This document shows, piece after piece, positions 61,055 to 64,000 of a DNA stretch of 64,000 nucleotides. A program made the position numbers and the translations under genes. How positions within the stretch are numbered: the first letter of the stretch is position 1; the number at the start of each line of letters is the position of its first letter. The notes under the pieces are model-generated. The model saw only the letters and a list, made by a program, of their open reading frames with translations. It searched no databases and was not told the origin of the DNA. The stretch is from an uncultured Hyphomicrobiales bacterium (GTDB lineage: Bacteria > Pseudomonadota > Alphaproteobacteria > Rhizobiales > OSC116): the NCBI GenBank assembly GCA_964531635.1, contig CAZHCZ010000001.1, forward strand, positions 1,621-65,620. Direction: 5' to 3'.

Positions 61055-62614
61055 ATGGCGTTAACACCACGGTTAGAGTTACGGCAAGGTCAATCCTTAG
61101 TGATGACCCCACAATTGCAACAAGCAATTAAGTTCTTGCAATTGTCTAACCTTGAATTGACCAGCCACATCGAAAGTGAATTAGAGCGCAACCCGTTACT
61201 TGAGTTGGACAGAGGTGAAGCAGACAATAGAGATGATTCTCCCAACGCCACCAATGATGCACGGCTAGATGATGGGGCTAAAAACAGTGACAGTGAAGTT
61301 CAGGAATTAAACCTAAGCCAAGAAACTATTCCCAACCGTGATGAAGGGGCTTTAGACACTGGCTTTGACAATATATATGCCGATGAATCTAAAGCCGATA
61401 AAGCCCAAGACGAGCAGAAATATGAGGCCCAAGCCGATAACAGTTGGGACAATATTTCGGGCGGAGCAACAACCACAACGCGGGAAGACCAATATGGCGG
61501 GACGCAAGCACTTGAGGAGCTTAACAGTGCTGACCTTTCGTTAAAAGACCATGTGGTTGAGCAGGTAAATTATAGCTTTTTTGATAGTGTTGAAAAAGCT
61601 ATAGCTTTGCATTTGGTCGATATGCTAGATGAAAGTGGATATTTACTGGGTACGGTTAAAGGTGCTGCGGAGCGGCTTGGAGCAAGTGAAGATAAAATAG
61701 TGCGTATATTGCATGAATTACAAAAACTTGAACCTGTTGGAATTTTTGCACGTAATGTTTCGGAATGTCTAGCCTTGCAATTGGCTGATAACAATCGGCT
61801 TGACCCGATGATGAAAGTTTTTGTCGATAATATTCATTTACTGGCGGATCATAAGCTTGATGAATTGCAAAAAATTACGGGAGCAGATGCTGAAGATTTG
61901 GCGCAAATGTTGGCGGAGATTAGGCAACTCAACCCTAAGCCCGGTTTAAAATATGGCACAACCAATGTACAAACGGTTATTCCTGATGTTTTTGTACGTC
62001 AAAAAAAAGATGGGTCTTGGCGGATTGAATTGAATAGTGCCAGTTTACCAAGGGTTTTGGTCAACCAAAATTATTATTCAGACATTCGTAAAACGGTGAA
62101 TGAAGAAACCGACATTACATTTTTAACCGAATGTTTGACCAATGCCAATTGGTTGGTTAGAAGCCTTGAACAACGGGCAAATACTATTTTAAAAGTAGCA
62201 ACCGAAATTGTAAAACAACAAGACGCATTTTTGGTTTATGGCGTGGAATATTTGCGCCCGTTAAATTTAAAAACGGTTGCCGATGCGGTCGAAATGCACG
62301 AATCAACCATTAGCCGTGTGACCAACAATAAATATATGATGACCGAACGCGGGCTATTTGAACTTAAATATTTTTTCAACTCTTCTGTACCATCGTCCGA
62401 TGGTGGCGAGGGTCATTCATCACAATCGGTTAAAGCGCGGATTAAAAAATTAATTGATAATGAAGACCCCAAGAAAATTTTATCTGATGATAAATTGGCA
62501 GGTATTTTAAAACAAGCAGGAATTGATATTGCCCGCAGAACCGTAGCCAAATACCGCGAGGCACTAAACATATCCTCTTCGATTAATAGGCGTAAAGAAA
62601 AAAAGCATTTATAA
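61055..62614 (+). CDS. rpoN: RNA polymerase sigma-54 factor
   Basis: Region I MALTPRLELRQGQSLVMTPQLQQAIKFLQLS, acidic region II, HTH ESTISRVTNNKYM, RpoN box ARRTVAKYRE. Confidence 0.96.
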   Translation: MALTPRLELRQGQSLVMTPQLQQAIKFLQLSNLELTSHIESELERNPLLELDRGEADNRDDSPNATNDARLDDGAKNSDSEVQELNLSQETIPNRDEGALDTGFDNIYADESKADKAQDEQKYEAQADNSWDNISGGATTTTREDQYGGTQALEELNSADLSLKDHVVEQVNYSFFDSVEKAIALHLVDMLDESGYLLGTVKGAAERLGASEDKIVRILHELQKLEPVGIFARNVSECLALQLADNNRLDPMMKVFVDNIHLLADHKLDELQKITGADAEDLAQMLAEIRQLNPKPGLKYGTTNVQTVIPDVFVRQKKDGSWRIELNSASLPRVLVNQNYYSDIRKTVNEETDITFLTECLTNANWLVRSLEQRANTILKVATEIVKQQDAFLVYGVEYLRPLNLKTVADAVEMHESTISRVTNNKYMMTERGLFELKYFFNSSVPSSDGGEGHSSQSVKARIKKLIDNEDPKKILSDDKLAGILKQAGIDIARRTVAKYREALNISSSINRRKEKKHL

Positions 62615-62711
62615 CACCCCCCTTAATTAGACAAGCGCCCGAGCGAAGCCACCAAGTGCTATTTGGAGTGCAAGTCAAAGGAAGGCAAAGCCGAACAAAA
62701 AAATGAGCGCA

Positions 62712-64000
62712 TCAAGTAAAAATGGCTATTAAAAAGCCAGTAACCGCGAGCACCAGCACCCCTGTTTGTATTCGGGTATGGCGTTGTGTAACTTTTGCGC
62801 TCTGTGCCATAATCGTGTCAGCTTTTGCTATATCTTCAAGCTTTTGAACATTTTGCGCCATGCCTGCAACCAGTTTGGGTAATTTGGGTAAATATTCCAC
62901 CAGCTCAACCACACTATCAAGCGTGTCTTTAACTTTGGCTTCCATTCCGATGGTTTTTTTGAGCCAAGCTTCAAGCAAAGGCTCAATCGCCTTAAACATG
63001 TCGAATTTAGGGTCTATTATTCGCGCTACCCCTTCAACAATCACTAGGCTTTTTTGTAGCATTACCAATTGTAATTGCGTTTGCATGCCAAATGTTTCGG
63101 TGGTTTTGAGCAATTGCCCAAGCAAGCTGCCCATAGATACATCTTGCGCCCCCTGCCCAAGCATAGGCTCGCCAATAGCGCGTAATGCCAAGGCGAAATC
63201 TTCGACATTATAATCTGCAGACACATAACCCGCGGCAAAATGAACTTCTGCATTGTGTAAATAATCACGCCGAATAAACGCATATAAAATTTCGGCTAAA
63301 ACCCGTCTTTCGTCCTTGCTAATGCGGTCAATAATACCAAAATCGACCAAAGCAATTTGCCCATTGGGCTTAATAAATATATTCCCGGGGTGCATATCGG
63401 CATGAAAAACCCCAAATTCTAAGGCTTGAGTTAAAAAACAAATCACAATATCACGCGCCAATAACGGCATATCAAGCTTAAGTTCGCGAATTTTATTCAT
63501 ATTGGATAACGCCACACCGTCTATCCAATTGGTCGTTAGAATGTTTTTCTTAGTCAGTGTCCAGTCGACATCGGGCACGATAAAATCGGCACCCTCAAAT
63601 TTATTTTTAGCGTCATTCATTTCTGATATAGCTGCCGCCTCAAGCTGCAAATTCATCTCTGCATCGACCGATTTTTTAAGCGTTTCCACTACCTTAACCA
63701 GTCTTAACCGACGCGCTTGTTCATCTAATTTTTCGGCAATCCGCGCAATAAAGAAAAAATCCGATAAATCGCGGGCAAATTTTTTCTCAACATCAGGGCG
63801 TAATATTTTAACGGCAACAATCCGTCCATCTTTTAAGGTCGCCTTATGAACTTGCGCAATAGACGCCGCCGCAATAGGCAAACTAAACTCTTTAAACACA
63901 TCATCAATTTTAGCACCAAAAGCCGCTTCAACCTGCCCCACAGCTATATCATGCTCAAATGGTGGCACATCATCTTGCAATTGCTTTAAACTGCCAGCAA
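62712..64000 (-). CDS. ubiB: UbiB/ABC1 family kinase-like ubiquinone biosynthesis protein, N-terminus beyond right edge
   Basis: AAASIAQVHKATLKDGRIVAVKILRP, HADMHPGNIF and LVDFGI motifs plus a C-terminal TM helix. The reading frame stays open upstream of the track's Met to the window end (..LAGSLKQLQDDVPPF). Confidence 0.9.
   Translation of the reverse strand, partial: AGSLKQLQDDVPPFEHDIAVGQVEAAFGAKIDDVFKEFSLPIAAASIAQVHKATLKDGRIVAVKILRPDVEKKFARDLSDFFFIARIAEKLDEQARRLRLVKVVETLKKSVDAEMNLQLEAAAISEMNDAKNKFEGADFIVPDVDWTLTKKNILTTNWIDGVALSNMNKIRELKLDMPLLARDIVICFLTQALEFGVFHADMHPGNIFIKPNGQIALVDFGIIDRISKDERRVLAEILYAFIRRDYLHNAEVHFAAGYVSADYNVEDFALALRAIGEPMLGQGAQDVSMGSLLGQLLKTTETFGMQTQLQLVMLQKSLVIVEGVARIIDPKFDMFKAIEPLLEAWLKKTIGMEAKVKDTLDSVVELVEYLPKLPKLVAGMAQNVQKLEDIAKADTIMAQSAKVTQRHTRIQTGVLVLAVTGFLIAIFT

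Noticed and set aside
1-64000. tRNA, rRNA, tmRNA, SRP RNA, IS elements, integrases, toxin-antitoxin or defence genes
   Set aside because: I found no T-arm-like GGTTCGAATCC-type sequences, rRNA-like blocks, transposase or integrase ORFs, or TIR-flanked ORFs by eye. A computational scan (tRNAscan-SE, Infernal, ISfinder) would be needed to exclude them formally.

Overview
An AT-rich chromosomal segment that looks alphaproteobacterial. The markers are gcrA, the phoR-pstSCAB-phoU-phoB arrangement, hisS-hisZ-hisG, a Cpa/Tad pilus locus and an NDUFA9-like SDR. About 55 protein genes are supported. I recognised no rRNA, tRNA, CRISPR array, transposase or integrase.

Gene content, left to right:
- Truncated sensor kinase; a disulfide oxidoreductase + TVP38 membrane protein pair
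- rpmH-rnpA-yidC-engB, argB, a HAD nucleotidase
- A 5-gene Opp/Dpp-type peptide ABC importer
- A two-gene operon of an oversized GltB-like glutamate synthase plus a CysJ-type diflavin reductase
- The complete Pho regulon core with a recognisable Pho box; gcrA; an orphan ABC-2 permease
- A GC-rich structured intergenic element; an M17 aminopeptidase; a TadD-like TPR lipoprotein; truA
- A complete Flp/Tad pilus locus (two tandem flp cassettes, cpaA-F, tadBC)
- hisS-hisZ-hisG, pheST, rplT-rpmI-infC, queG, GST, uppP, an MCP, an RNase D-like exonuclease, rpoN and a truncated ubiB

Most notable observations:
1. The GltB-like/diflavin-reductase operon has no GltD partner and carries a ~195-aa C-terminal tail. 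It may be a non-canonical, Fe-S-sparing GOGAT.
2. A ~230-nt GC-rich element closed by a 27-nt stem sits in a convergent intergenic region. It is a candidate ncRNA or MITE.
3. The MCP gene is bracketed by a duplicated copy of the 3' end of the neighbouring SDR gene, which looks like an insertion scar.
4. An 18-bp minisatellite fills the whole GST-queG spacer.

Coordinates of non-ORF features were counted by hand and may be off by 1-2 nt. At ~59.25-59.34 kb my reading of the printed sequence and the ORF track disagreed by one base.
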